Virus record (IMG/VR): IMGVR_UViG_3300042318_000011
Span: 1-25,649 of that record
Direction: 5' to 3' (one strand)
Source: a virus
Taxonomy: Duplodnaviria; Caudoviricetes
Length of the DNA: 25,649 nt
Part shown: one piece after another, positions 1 to 9,188 of the stretch
How positions within the stretch are numbered: position 1 is the first letter of the stretch
How the letters are laid out: each line of letters begins with the position of its first letter
Position numbers and translations under genes: made by a program
The notes under the pieces: model-generated
Databases searched by the model: none
What the model was told of the DNA's origin: nothing
Seen by the model: only the letters and a program-made list of their open reading frames with translations

Positions 1-68
1 AACAGAATGGAAAGTACAACCCCTATCAGGGCGTAACGGCTACGCCTTTTTGCCGAAGGCTGCTGCAA
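1..68 (-). CDS. Possible 5' end of the next gene (signal-peptide/TM-like N-terminus), truncated by the window edge
   Basis: TTG at 68 after AAAGAAGAAG opens MQQPSAKRRSRYALIGVVLSIL (basic then hydrophobic), overlapping the holin end. Only 22 codons are visible. Confidence 0.3.
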   Translation of the reverse strand, partial: MQQPSAKRRSRYALIGVVLSIL

Positions 69-267
69 CTTCTTCTTTAGTAAGGGTCCCGTCTTCAGAC
101 CATGAACGAAGCAACGCTTCAGTTACTTTACCTGCGGCTACAACACCTGCGATGGCTGCTGATTTCCAGAGTTCAACTCCGAAGATTGCGCCACCTGCTA
201 CGGCTGCGAGTGCGGATGAGCCGAATACCCCAAAGATTCGGAGGATGAGTGTTTGTACTTTAATCAT
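40..267 (-). CDS. Holin-like small membrane protein
   Basis: 75 aa with two hydrophobic segments and a charged C-terminus (SEDGTLTKEEVAAAFGKKA). Follows the tail fibre with a TAATG overlap. Confidence 0.6.
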   Translation of the reverse strand: MIKVQTLILRIFGVFGSSALAAVAGGAIFGVELWKSAAIAGVVAAGKVTEALLRSWSEDGTLTKEEVAAAFGKKA

Positions 268-1604
268 TATTGGTTTTCCAGTTGGGTGATTCGGGCTTCT
301 AAAGTATTGACTTTAGCAGACAATTCTTGTATGGCTTTAATTAGGGGTGCAATAAACTCACCGTAGTTCAGGGCTTGGTCAGATTCTGGGTCGGTCACAT
401 CCCCTAAAGACCAGCCAGCAAAATCTTCTACACCACTGCCAACTACGGCTTCTTTTACTTCTTGCGCAATTAAACCGTAATGTGTTCTTGCGCCTTCTTT
501 ACGAATAAGATTATTTTTATCTGTTGTTTTTTCCCAATCAACACCACCATCAATCCATTTGTAGGAAACAGGGCGCAACGATTCAACAAATTCAAGACCT
601 AGTGCCGAATTTTCAATGTTCTTTTTTAGACGACCATCTGAAGTTTGAATTGTTCCATTGTTTGCATATACGGCGGTCCATCTATTTACTGAACCACCAA
701 GTTGCCAAGCACCATCAGTGTGTGGCACCAAAGTGGCGAAAGACCTGTTTGTTGTGGTGCCAGGACTGGCAAGATACATCATGTCGGACCCTTGCCCGAC
801 CAGGGTTAATGCGGTGTTAGAAGAACCGATAGGGCTGTTATTTGCAGCATAAGATGGACCTGCGGGACCTACGCTTCCTTGTGGACCAGTAGGACCTTGT
901 GGACCCGCAACCGTAGAAGCCGCACCTGTCGGACCAGTAGGACCTTGTGGACCCGCAACCGTAGAAGCCGCACCCGTGGGACCAGTAGGTCCAGTCACGG
1001 TTGAAGCAGCCCCAGTTGAACCTGTCGGACCCGTTACACCTTGGGGACCAGTAGGACCTGTAGGACCAGTAGGACCTGTCGGACCAACCAAACCAATATC
1101 AACAGCGTTACGCCACTGAGGAGCAGTAGCACCAGTATTAACAGCCAACACCTGAGCAGCGGTACCAATAGCCAACTCAGTAAAAGTACCTGGCGTACCA
1201 GAACCCTGATACACAACAGAACCAGCATTAGCATACTTAGACACCAACTCGTTAGCCTGATTCGCTTCTAACGCTGTGAACACAGGATAAATAACAGCAC
1301 CCTGCTCATGCTGGCGGTCAGTAGTATCATCAGCACCACGACCATTAGCAGACGCACCCCATACAGAAGTAACAGCAGGGTCAACAACAGTCAAGGTTGT
1401 AGCACTGCTGTACTTGACACAAATCTTTTCTTCCTTAGCGGTACCAGGGTCAACAACAACAAAGAACGGAACACCATCTGTAGACCAGCCAGACATAGCA
1501 ACAGCCAAAGTAATGTTAGTTGCCGCTTCAGAAAGGGTCACACCAAGCGTGTTAGATACAGGCGCACCCTTGTATGACCTTCTACTTTTACCGTTAACTG
1601 GCAT
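267..1604 (-). CDS. Tail fibre with collagen-like GPT repeats and C-terminal intramolecular chaperone (peptidase S74)
   Basis: AGGAG RBS, N-terminal beta-rich domain, (GPT)n repeats, [10 protein letters not shown] autocleavage motif (Ser codon 639-641), HYGLIAQEV, and [17 protein letters not shown] followed by a coiled coil. Confidence 0.9.
   Translation of the reverse strand: MPVNGKSRRSYKGAPVSNTLGVTLSEAATNITLAVAMSGWSTDGVPFFVVVDPGTAKEEKICVKYSSATTLTVVDPAVTSVWGASANGRGADDTTDRQHEQGAVIYPVFTALEANQANELVSKYANAGSVVYQGSGTPGTFTELAIGTAAQVLAVNTGATAPQWRNAVDIGLVGPTGPTGPTGPTGPQGVTGPTGSTGAASTVTGPTGPTGAASTVAGPQGPTGPTGAASTVAGPQGPTGPQGSVGPAGPSYAANNSPIGSSNTALTLVGQGSDMMYLASPGTTTNRSFATLVPHTDGAWQLGGSVNRWTAVYANNGTIQTSDGRLKKNIENSALGLEFVESLRPVSYKWIDGGVDWEKTTDKNNLIRKEGARTHYGLIAQEVKEAVVGSGVEDFAGWSLGDVTDPESDQALNYGEFIAPLIKAIQELSAKVNTLEARITQLENQ
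883..974. repeat. Tandem 44-bp perfect direct repeat (48-bp period) in the collagen region
   Basis: ggaccagtaggaccttgtggacccgcaaccgtagaagccgcacc occurs at 883-926 and 931-974. Confidence 0.9.
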
Positions 1605-1614
1605 ATAACAACTC

Positions 1615-3510
1615 CTAGTTTTCCACCGAACGCAATGTTACTACAAGCGTCCCCTCAAATGCCCAACTGTTACCCACAGAATCGGCAGGTTCCCAGACAA
1701 TATCCTCAAGAATCACATTATGGGTGAAAGACCCTATCTGCAAGGCGATGATGCGGGGGGATTCAATTAGCCCATCAAAGAAGGTTTGCTGTTCATCAAC
1801 ATCGTAATAGTATTCCTTACCCCTTACGGTTACTGACTTATGCAAGATAATGGGGATAGAGAAAACTTGTGAACGGAACGGGGCGGCATAGGCTCTAGCC
1901 ATCCAACGGGTAAAGGTTGGTCCAGTAGTGGCAGTGCCACGCTCTAGAACAAACTTAAAGTCTGCTTCAATCGCTTTAGATTCTGACCCGTCAAACGAGT
2001 TCTCTGTGTCATCAGCAACAGACCATCTGCCTACAGATTCATATTCACCATCATCAATTTTCAGGTATGAAGTGATAGCCCCAACGAGGGGGGTGGAGCG
2101 TGTGTCTATTTTGGCTACGAACTTGCGGTCTGGGATACCCCATCGCCAGGTGCCTGTTTCTATTTCTCCTGAAGCAACAAGGTTGTCAGCGTCTTCAGCG
2201 ATAATACCAATACCTGATATGGCAAAAAGTTTTTTCGTGGCGAATGGTGTTACTGGGTCGTCAAAAACAACAACGCTATTGACAGTAGCGGGGGTGGCAG
2301 CAACTGCGGGGGTATACATCAGGTCGGTGGCGAACGCTGGTGTGTTGGGTGAGGTGAACACGGACAGGTCTAACGCTCCTAACCCGCTTGATACCCCGTC
2401 GTAGTTTGTCCATGTGAAGTAGGCGAACCTTTCGTTTGATGCAAACTTTTGTACTGCGCCTGATGTTGGGATTAATTTTCCTGCGATTAGGTTTGCATCT
2501 GCATCTGTTGAACAGTAACGGACCCCTTTGTTTGTACCAATAAGAATGAACCCAAGGTACCCACTGATAGATGTGACTACTTCCCCTGTTGGTAGTTCAA
2601 GAGCAACAACACCTTTGTCTAATACGCCTAATGCGGTAATGGTTATTTTATAGATGAGAGATTTTTTGCCTGAGAACCCTGCTGCGTACACAGCGTTTTG
2701 TCCTGTGGCTACACCAACAAAACGAAATGCCGTATCGTCAGGTTCAATCACCAAAGATTTTGTACCAGTAGCACTAATCAAGTGAAGGTCGTGGTCGTGC
2801 GCACCAAACATGTAGTTCTTAGCGAACCCAAGCATGGTGAAAGATTCAGAACCAGTAACAAATTTAGTATTTGAAATAAGAGCAGGGTCAACAGAAGGAA
2901 TTACCTGTCTTATGCCATCAGCAGGGTAAGCAAGATAAACATTGTTACCATCGGTAGCCATTGCAGCAACGGTGCCTGTAGGTGCTGCAGTACCACCAGC
3001 AGTGTCAACAACAGCAGTCCATGTAGGGCTAGACGCATACGGGTTGGTAGTGAACTTAACATCACCGTTCAATGCAACATACACACGAGTACCACAAACA
3101 ACCATGTGTTGTGTAGCAGAAGCATTAGACAACGAAATTTTTGTATCGTTAAGAAGACTTAACTGTCCCTTGCCCCAAGGGTTCACACCTTTAGATTTGT
3201 AAAACCTAAACGGGGTGGAATCATTCATGTCTGCATACTCTTGCCCCGCACCAGCATGCCAAGAGTCCTGACCTCTGCGCCACAAACCACCAGGGTTGAT
3301 AGCACCCTCACCAGGGGTGGTTGAATCATCCGTAGAATCACGGACACGCTGTTCATAACCTCGTTGAAACTTGCCTGACTTTTGGTCAACCATGAAAGGG
3401 CGACCATCAATAGCAACAGGGAAAATAGCAGGAACCAATGCTGATACTGCAGTACCAGAATAATACGGGGGTGTCCCGAAATACGGCAGGGTGAAAGTTG
3501 GCACCGCCAT
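1615..3510 (-). CDS. Putative tail nozzle / stabilisation protein (beta-propeller-like, functionally like P22 gp10 or T7 gp12)
   Basis: 631 aa, beta-rich, with [14 protein letters not shown] near the N-terminus. Lies between the adaptor and tail fibre genes. Confidence 0.6.
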   Translation of the reverse strand: MAVPTFTLPYFGTPPYYSGTAVSALVPAIFPVAIDGRPFMVDQKSGKFQRGYEQRVRDSTDDSTTPGEGAINPGGLWRRGQDSWHAGAGQEYADMNDSTPFRFYKSKGVNPWGKGQLSLLNDTKISLSNASATQHMVVCGTRVYVALNGDVKFTTNPYASSPTWTAVVDTAGGTAAPTGTVAAMATDGNNVYLAYPADGIRQVIPSVDPALISNTKFVTGSESFTMLGFAKNYMFGAHDHDLHLISATGTKSLVIEPDDTAFRFVGVATGQNAVYAAGFSGKKSLIYKITITALGVLDKGVVALELPTGEVVTSISGYLGFILIGTNKGVRYCSTDADANLIAGKLIPTSGAVQKFASNERFAYFTWTNYDGVSSGLGALDLSVFTSPNTPAFATDLMYTPAVAATPATVNSVVVFDDPVTPFATKKLFAISGIGIIAEDADNLVASGEIETGTWRWGIPDRKFVAKIDTRSTPLVGAITSYLKIDDGEYESVGRWSVADDTENSFDGSESKAIEADFKFVLERGTATTGPTFTRWMARAYAAPFRSQVFSIPIILHKSVTVRGKEYYYDVDEQQTFFDGLIESPRIIALQIGSFTHNVILEDIVWEPADSVGNSWAFEGTLVVTLRSVEN

Positions 3511-3513
3511 TAG

Positions 3514-4401
3514 TTAGACCCTGCTAAGGAAAGTGGGGTATTGCCTTGCAAGTCGTGCCGCTTCAGCAGTGATACGGTCACGGCGCATACGAATAATGTT
3601 GTTAATAGAACTAGACACTGAACCTGTAGGTACTTCTTCTGAACGGCGAGTGTCACCCTGTGACTCAGTAAAGTTGCGCTTCACTTCACGAGGGGAAACC
3701 AAACGAATCTGTGCACCCATCATTAGGATGTCTTCAGCAGTTGTAGGAAAGCCAGCAATGTTCTGAAGGTTCTGAGCCTCAGTAGTTACATTGGTGAACG
3801 GTGCTTTATACACGACAATCATGCGTCCAGCACGGACTTGCTCATCAAAACGAATAGCATAGCCAGCACTGAAATCATCGTTCGGTAGGTCACGGATGAG
3901 ACGACAACGAGTAATCTTTGGGTAGTCAGTAGCGATATACCGCACTGTCACAGAAACAAGGTCAATGATTTTGTCTGTAGTTGGCAAGTTAATCATGTTC
4001 CAAGTACCGTTGTAATTCAACTCAAGGCTTTTGATTTGATACAACCCATTCATCGGGCTAGACAAGTCATCTATCTCGGCGTTGATTGCCTCAAGCACCT
4101 GTGCCCTAGGAAACCTAGGGTCAACAATAGCCACCGCACCAGAAGCATGGGCAGCAGCGGTCGTGCCATTCCATGCCCGTTCAACTGTCACAGTTTTGGA
4201 ACCAGAAAAAACTTCCCAGACATACATCAGTTCGTTATCTATTTGTATAACACCACCAGCACGCATCCCGTTAAGGTCATACTGGAAAACAACGGTTGTG
4301 GATGTAGCAGTCAAGGCACCAACTGTTTTGTTGCGTTCCTCTACCGTGCCAGACATTAACTGGCGCAAGGTGCGGTCTACTACGGTTCCAACTGTGGACA
4401 T
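3514..4401 (-). CDS. Putative head-tail adaptor protein with an inserted beta domain
   Basis: 295 aa, AAGGAG RBS, helical N- and C-termini (RAQVLEAINAEIDDL), directly upstream of the nozzle gene. Confidence 0.6.
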   Translation of the reverse strand: MSTVGTVVDRTLRQLMSGTVEERNKTVGALTATSTTVVFQYDLNGMRAGGVIQIDNELMYVWEVFSGSKTVTVERAWNGTTAAAHASGAVAIVDPRFPRAQVLEAINAEIDDLSSPMNGLYQIKSLELNYNGTWNMINLPTTDKIIDLVSVTVRYIATDYPKITRCRLIRDLPNDDFSAGYAIRFDEQVRAGRMIVVYKAPFTNVTTEAQNLQNIAGFPTTAEDILMMGAQIRLVSPREVKRNFTESQGDTRRSEEVPTGSVSSSINNIIRMRRDRITAEAARLARQYPTFLSRV

Positions 4402-4428
4402 GCAAACTCCTTGTGTTCAGCCAAGGCA

Positions 4429-4437
4429 ATCATAGCC
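4429..4437 (-). promoter_or_regulatory. Candidate -10 element upstream of the adaptor gene
   Basis: GGC-TATGAT overlaps the GT2 stop codon and is followed by an AAGGAG RBS. Confidence 0.35.
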
Positions 4438-5467
4438 GATAATGAGACAGGTTTGTCTTAAGTCTTTCATCTGTTGGGTTTAACGCCACCGCTTCAGACC
4501 CGTGGAACCATGCTTCATCCATGTCTCCAAGGTGGTAGCAGGCAACAGCCATGAGGTCGTGTGGTAGCCAACCCCAAGCATCTGCTTCACAAAGATAATC
4601 CAATGGTTTCTCGGTGATTGCTAAAGCCATTGAGACTGTGTTTCTTACTGCGAGCCAGTTGCGTTTCTCGTGGTAATACATCGCTAGAGCAACCCATGAT
4701 TCACGGCGGGTTGGGTCTTCCGCTATGGCACGGTACAGGTGGTAGTCGGCTACAAGAGGCACCATCTTGGCTAGGTACCTGTGGGATGCGGCTCGTTCTG
4801 GGTTCCATGTGGATATGTCTAGGTGTCGTGCAAAATGATACTGACTTAAGGCATAGTCACCGTGGAAGAATAATTCACGGGCTAGGTAGAACTGGTTGCG
4901 GTCATCCCTTGGGTCTTCTTCTACAGCGAGTTTGAGTAGGGGCAGGTATTGACTGCGGGACTTTGAAGCGTCTGGGTGGTGGTGGATTTGTAGGCCGTCT
5001 ACCCAGTGTTGGGTTTCACCGTCGGTGGGTTTGAGGACTTCATGGACTGGGTGTTGCCATGTGTATCCGTGCCTGGCGTGGATTTTGTCGCCACCATAGA
5101 CAAGCCCTTCGGACCCGTCGGGGTTCCATGACCAGATGTATTTGTAGCGGGGTCGGGTCGTGCCTTCAGGGATGGCTTCTAGTGCTTCACGCCAGCCTGG
5201 TTGGAGTTGCTCATCCATGTCTAAAGCGATGCACAGGTCTATGTCTTGGGGGAGCATGGAGAGTGCCATGTTGCGGGCTGTGTCAAAACGCCACGGACTG
5301 ATAACACGAGTAACGGTGTGGATGCCGAGTTGGTGGGCGAGGGTTGTCGTTTGGTCTGTTGAGCCTGTGTCTAGGATGAGGCGATAGTCAGCATCGGTGC
5401 AGGAGTCTGCCCATTGCTGGACATGTTGTTCCTCGTTGAGAGCGATTGTGTATACAGCAATACGCAT
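4430..5467 (-). CDS. Glycosyltransferase family 2 (GT-A fold) with C-terminal TPR repeats
   Basis: MRIAVYTIALNEE, LDTGSTD, FDTARNMAL, DxD motif (LDMDE), W-x2-PVHEVL and helical TPR-like repeats. Start reassigned to ATG 5467, which has GAAGGGA upstream; the ORF track start was 5509. Confidence 0.9.
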   Translation of the reverse strand: MRIAVYTIALNEEQHVQQWADSCTDADYRLILDTGSTDQTTTLAHQLGIHTVTRVISPWRFDTARNMALSMLPQDIDLCIALDMDEQLQPGWREALEAIPEGTTRPRYKYIWSWNPDGSEGLVYGGDKIHARHGYTWQHPVHEVLKPTDGETQHWVDGLQIHHHPDASKSRSQYLPLLKLAVEEDPRDDRNQFYLARELFFHGDYALSQYHFARHLDISTWNPERAASHRYLAKMVPLVADYHLYRAIAEDPTRRESWVALAMYYHEKRNWLAVRNTVSMALAITEKPLDYLCEADAWGWLPHDLMAVACYHLGDMDEAWFHGSEAVALNPTDERLKTNLSHYRL

Positions 5468-5492
5468 ATTGGTTCCCTTCTGTTGGGGTCGT

Positions 5493-6041
5493 TTACGGCA
5501 AGCCAACAACAGTTAAAAAATGACTAGCGATACGAGCAGTACCAGAAGAAGTTTTAACTTTCAAAGTAAAAGTGTTATTGCCAGCAGTTAAACCAGTAAT
5601 TTTGTGTTGCATAGAACACATCCAAATATCGTTAGTGTTGGCACTGCTCCAACGCAAGCATTGACCAACTGATGTTGTGTACCCAGTGACATCCACATCA
5701 ACATTTATTTCACCAGTACCAGACTGTGTTTGAAGGTTGCCACCAAAAGTAACCAATGCTGTTGTTCCTGTGGCGATTGTGATGGGTGCCAAATATCCTT
5801 GGTTTCCTGCTGTGCCGATAGCAACATACGAGGTGCTTGTGAAATCCAGATAGGATGCAGTCCCTGATACAACAGCAAAGTTTGATTGTGGTGTTATGCA
5901 AACCCAAGCAGAACCGTTGTATACCAAAGAGTTATTGGTGTCAGTCTCGTAAATCATCTGACCTTCATACGGGGCGGTAGGGCGTGTTGATGATGTGCAC
6001 ACGCCAGGTCGTAACCCAGTTGAATTATTACTAATAGCCAT
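5493..6041 (-). CDS. Putative fibre/receptor-binding head protein (Mtd-N-like N-terminal motif)
   Basis: TRPTAPYEGQMIYETDTNNSLVYNGSAW followed by a beta-sandwich-like C-terminus (GLTAGNNTFTLKVK). Confidence 0.65.
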   Translation of the reverse strand: MAISNNSTGLRPGVCTSSTRPTAPYEGQMIYETDTNNSLVYNGSAWVCITPQSNFAVVSGTASYLDFTSTSYVAIGTAGNQGYLAPITIATGTTALVTFGGNLQTQSGTGEINVDVDVTGYTTSVGQCLRWSSANTNDIWMCSMQHKITGLTAGNNTFTLKVKTSSGTARIASHFLTVVGLP

Positions 6042-6604
6042 TATGCAGGTCCTATATCTTCAACTAAAATAAATGTTACGGAATCAGAACCACGAGAACA
6101 AATACCTGAACCACCACCACTTGCTTCAAGAGTTCCACAAACAGTTACAGAACCAGATAAAGATGTTGTTATAGAAAAGTTGGTTGTATTATTTCTTTGA
6201 TTGATAATTGCATTTTCTGAAAAATTCAAAATTGTTCCAGAAATGTTTGTCAACCTTATCCGTGACCTAACAAAGTTAACTGTTCCGCTAAGTGTTGAAA
6301 CACCAGATTCAAAGTATGTGATTTTGTATCTGCGACCAGTAACAGCAGTAAATGAACTTGTTGTCAACATCACTGTTTCACTAGAAAAACCAGCCGAGTT
6401 AGATGTTGCTGATTGGTAGGTGATTGTTCCCCATGCTGTATTCCAGTTTGGGTACCACGCTGTACCATTCCAAACCAACACAGCATCGGTATCTTTTTGG
6501 TAGATGACTTGACCTTCAAACGGTGATGCAGGTCGTGCGGCTGTGTTGTCTATAACGCCTGGTTTGATTAGTGAACTAGCACCCGTGTTTTGTGTGATAC
6601 CCAT
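6041..6604 (-). CDS. Putative fibre/receptor-binding head protein, paralog of 5493..6041
   Basis: ARPASPFEGQVIYQKDTDAVLVWNGTAW, then a Ser/Thr-rich beta C-terminus ending ILVEDIGPA. Confidence 0.65.
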   Translation of the reverse strand: MGITQNTGASSLIKPGVIDNTAARPASPFEGQVIYQKDTDAVLVWNGTAWYPNWNTAWGTITYQSATSNSAGFSSETVMLTTSSFTAVTGRRYKITYFESGVSTLSGTVNFVRSRIRLTNISGTILNFSENAIINQRNNTTNFSITTSLSGSVTVCGTLEASGGGSGICSRGSDSVTFILVEDIGPA

Positions 6605-6765
6605 TAGTTACCTGTCCATTCTTCAGCGGTGTTACCTTCAGCAACCCACGCAAGATACGCCTGATAATCACGATTGTCCTCTGATAACGAAATAAATGCC
6701 GTATCGCTCAAACGAACGATGGCAGGTTCTCCCCGTTCAGGATTCCATGTTGCATACATAATCAT
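6604..6765 (-). CDS. Small tail fibre assembly/chaperone-like protein
   Basis: NRDYQAYLAWVAEGNT motif, typical of small proteins that follow phage fibre genes. Start at the ATGA overlap at 6765 (alternatively 6759). Confidence 0.65.
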   Translation of the reverse strand: MIMYATWNPERGEPAIVRLSDTAFISLSEDNRDYQAYLAWVAEGNTAEEWTGN

Positions 6766-7793
6766 AACTCCGCATCTAATATCCAAGACTGAAGGTCTGT
6801 GCCAAGTGATGAAGAACCAGTTGCCCTTGAAAATCCCACACCACTCAATGACTTTTTATATACGCTTGCAGCACCTGCTGCTGTTTGTCCGCTTGCTGTA
6901 TATGTATTTGTTCTCATGTAAACAGGAAATTGAATCGCAACATATCTACCAGTACCAGGGCTTCCTGCTTGGTCTACAAGCATAACAATTGCAGCGTCGT
7001 TTTCTCTTTGGTAATACCGTTGGCATAGGGCTAGTTCCACACCGATAGGTCGTTGTTCAAACGGGGTTGGCTGGTAGTTCTGTTCCAACTGCACACCCGT
7101 AATCTGAAAGTTGTTGCTGGTTGATGAAGCCAAGTTGGTTTGACCAACAGCACGATTAGCATTTGTGAGTGTTCCCCATGTTGTTTGCAGTGTGCCTGAT
7201 GAATAAGTGGAACCTGCACCAAGCCACCAAATAACACTTAATGAACTGTTGTTGTCATTGTCAAATGCACCTGTTACATCAGCAGGAAATATAAGTGTTT
7301 TATATTCCCAAGTGTTTGAAACATCAATTGTGTAAGACTTGCTAATTGACCTTGAATTATCACTATCAACAAATTCAATAATAAAAGTACCAGTTTGGAA
7401 AGACTTTACCCAAAAAGAAAGAGTAAAAGGTTTTGCACTAGAAGTTCCTTTAGCAAATTGCTGAAGATTTTGTCCTTCAATTGCTTGCAATAAAAACAAA
7501 ACATCACCAGCAGCAGGTGAAGCATCAGCAGTTGTGCAAGCCATTTTTAGACTGTTGCGAAACCCTGAACCTGTTGGTGCATCAGCAACAGTAGTTTGAC
7601 TCCATGTGCCAAGTGTGGCAAGACCTGTGTAGAAACGGTCTGCTGTGTAATAAGCACTACCAGTGATGCCTGTAACGGCTGTGCCTACTGCTGAACGCTG
7701 GCTAACTTGCATCGCACCGTTAATGATTACATTACGAAACCCCAGCCCTGCTGGTAGCAATGCAGAAGAACCAAGCGCAGAAGAAATAGCCAT
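6762..7793 (-). CDS. Fibre/receptor-binding protein with a carbohydrate-binding-like jelly-roll domain
   Basis: RNVIINGAMQVSQR ... TLSFWVKS ... ITGVQLE ... TPFEQRPIGVELALCQRYY, a pattern common in aquatic phage fibres. Start reassigned to ATG 7793 (TGATG overlap). Confidence 0.75.
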   Translation of the reverse strand: MAISSALGSSALLPAGLGFRNVIINGAMQVSQRSAVGTAVTGITGSAYYTADRFYTGLATLGTWSQTTVADAPTGSGFRNSLKMACTTADASPAAGDVLFLLQAIEGQNLQQFAKGTSSAKPFTLSFWVKSFQTGTFIIEFVDSDNSRSISKSYTIDVSNTWEYKTLIFPADVTGAFDNDNNSSLSVIWWLGAGSTYSSGTLQTTWGTLTNANRAVGQTNLASSTSNNFQITGVQLEQNYQPTPFEQRPIGVELALCQRYYQRENDAAIVMLVDQAGSPGTGRYVAIQFPVYMRTNTYTASGQTAAGAASVYKKSLSGVGFSRATGSSSLGTDLQSWILDAEL

Positions 7794-8131
7794 CAGATTT
7801 CTCGGTCCCAACCCGTGATAGTCACAGTCACCTTGCTTGCCGTGTCGCTACAACCCTGCAATGTTTCAGTCGCTTCCAACACAAGTCCTGTGTCCAAAAC
7901 AATCGTGTCGTAACCAGCAATCGGAAGTAGAAAAACAGAAGACAAAGCAGCCGTCACACCACCAATACCAATCGTAATCGTGCGGTCAACACCATCCGTG
8001 TTGCAAATAACAATCTGCTTAATTGTGTATTGGCGACCAGATGGCACCGTAAACAAAGTTGTTGGGGTACCAGACACGCTGACCTGTGTAGGTCCACCAA
8101 GTCTTTTTGGGAATACATCACCACTAGCCAT
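7793..8131 (-). CDS. Small beta-sandwich virion protein (putative fibre connector)
   Basis: 112 aa with TLFTVPSGRQYTIKQIVICN ... LVLEATETLQG ... VTITGWD. Translationally coupled to both neighbours. Confidence 0.55.
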   Translation of the reverse strand: MASGDVFPKRLGGPTQVSVSGTPTTLFTVPSGRQYTIKQIVICNTDGVDRTITIGIGGVTAALSSVFLLPIAGYDTIVLDTGLVLEATETLQGCSDTASKVTVTITGWDREI

Positions 8132-8829
8132 TAGAACTCCATGTTCATCATTGTGTAAGTCATTAGATTACTTGTTGTTTGTGTCGGTGCAGACGGTCCA
8201 GTCGCACCTGTTGGTCCTGTTGGTCCTGTAGGTCCTGTCACTGTGGATGCTGCACCTGTAGGACCAGTTGGACCCGTAACGCCTTGTGCGCCTGTCGGAC
8301 CTGTAGGACCTGTGGCTCCATCAACCCCGATGATGCCGTTTGTTCCAGCGGGACCTGTCGGACCTGTCGGTCCTGTCACCGTGCTGGCTGCGCCTGTAGC
8401 CCCTGTAGGTCCAGTAGGACCTGTAGGTCCTGTAACGAACGAGTCGGCACCTGTCGGTCCTGTAGGTCCAGTGACAGTACTTGCAGCACCTGTGGCTCCA
8501 GTCGGTCCCGTAGGACCTGTAACGGTAGAAGCAGCCCCTGTTGCACCAGTGGGACCAGTGACTCCTTGCGCACCCGTAGGTCCAGTTACCAACGAATCAG
8601 CACCAGTAGGACCAGTCGGTCCAGTCGGTCCAGTTACTGTGGAGTTAGCACCAGTGGCTCCAGTAGGTCCTGTAACCGTTGATGCGGCTCCTGTGGGACC
8701 AGTAGGTCCTGTCGGTCCAGTCGCACCCTGAGGACCAGACTGTGAAGTAGAAACAACCGTGACAGTTCCCGAAGTAATCAACCCTACGGTTTCAGTTGCC
8801 CTTGTAACAATGATGTTAGTTGTAGCCAT
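8131..8829 (-). CDS. Collagen-like fibre protein (GPT/GAT repeats)
   Basis: About 180 aa of Gly-X-Thr triplets interrupted by ASTVT/DSLVT-type spacers, with short non-collagen ends. GAGG RBS. Confidence 0.9.
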   Translation of the reverse strand: MATTNIIVTRATETVGLITSGTVTVVSTSQSGPQGATGPTGPTGPTGAASTVTGPTGATGANSTVTGPTGPTGPTGADSLVTGPTGAQGVTGPTGATGAASTVTGPTGPTGATGAASTVTGPTGPTGADSFVTGPTGPTGPTGATGAASTVTGPTGPTGPAGTNGIIGVDGATGPTGPTGAQGVTGPTGPTGAASTVTGPTGPTGPTGATGPSAPTQTTSNLMTYTMMNMEF

Positions 8830-8831
8830 TG

Positions 8832-9170
8832 CTACCTCGTCACATCAGCAAGAACCGTGACTGTGCCCGCTAAGATAGTGGAGATAACACTTGAAGCATT
8901 TTCCTGTAAATCCCAGAAGTAAAGCCCAGCCGACAAAGCAGCCGAAGAAGTGGAAGACAATACACAGGTAACTTTACCGTTTTCACCATCGGTTACAGTG
9001 CAAGTGAATGATGCCTTGATGGTGGTGGAGTCCTGCTGGGTACGAATCTGAGATGTGTAGGTGCGTCCTGTAATGGGAACAGGCGTAGACCCATCTTCCG
9101 TGATAGTCACGACGAGGGTCTCTGTATCACCACGAGTGATAATTAGGTCTTGGTCAGCGGGTTGAGCCAT
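8832..9170 (-). CDS. Ig-like / BppU-N-like fibre anchor protein
   Basis: DLIITRGDT ... [12 protein letters not shown] ... GKVTCVLS ... GLYFWDLQ ... [15 protein letters not shown], a pattern seen in BppU-N/LtfC-like beta-sandwich domains. Confidence 0.6.
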   Translation of the reverse strand: MAQPADQDLIITRGDTETLVVTITEDGSTPVPITGRTYTSQIRTQQDSTTIKASFTCTVTDGENGKVTCVLSSTSSAALSAGLYFWDLQENASSVISTILAGTVTVLADVTR

Positions 9171-9179
9171 ACAGCAAAG

Positions 9180-9188
9180 ATTGTAGCA
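9180..9188 (-). promoter_or_regulatory. Extended -10 promoter candidate (near-leaderless)
   Basis: TGC-TACAAT lies 9 nt before ATG 9170, with no SD. Confidence 0.5.

Noticed and set aside
850-1090. Repeats considered as a CRISPR array
   Set aside because: They are codon-level collagen repeats with no unique spacers and no cas genes.
4104-4120. Perfect inverted repeat CCCTAGG-AAA-CCTAGGG
   Set aside because: It is a single occurrence inside the adaptor CDS (DPRFPRA) with no U-tract or second copy noticed, so it is probably incidental.
5493-6604. Diversity-generating retroelement, suggested by the Mtd-N-like motifs
   Set aside because: There is no reverse transcriptase and no template/variable repeat pair with adenine-specific mismatches in the window.
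8179-8731. Plus-strand ORFs with PVG and CRS repeats
   Set aside because: They are antisense shadows of the collagen gene.
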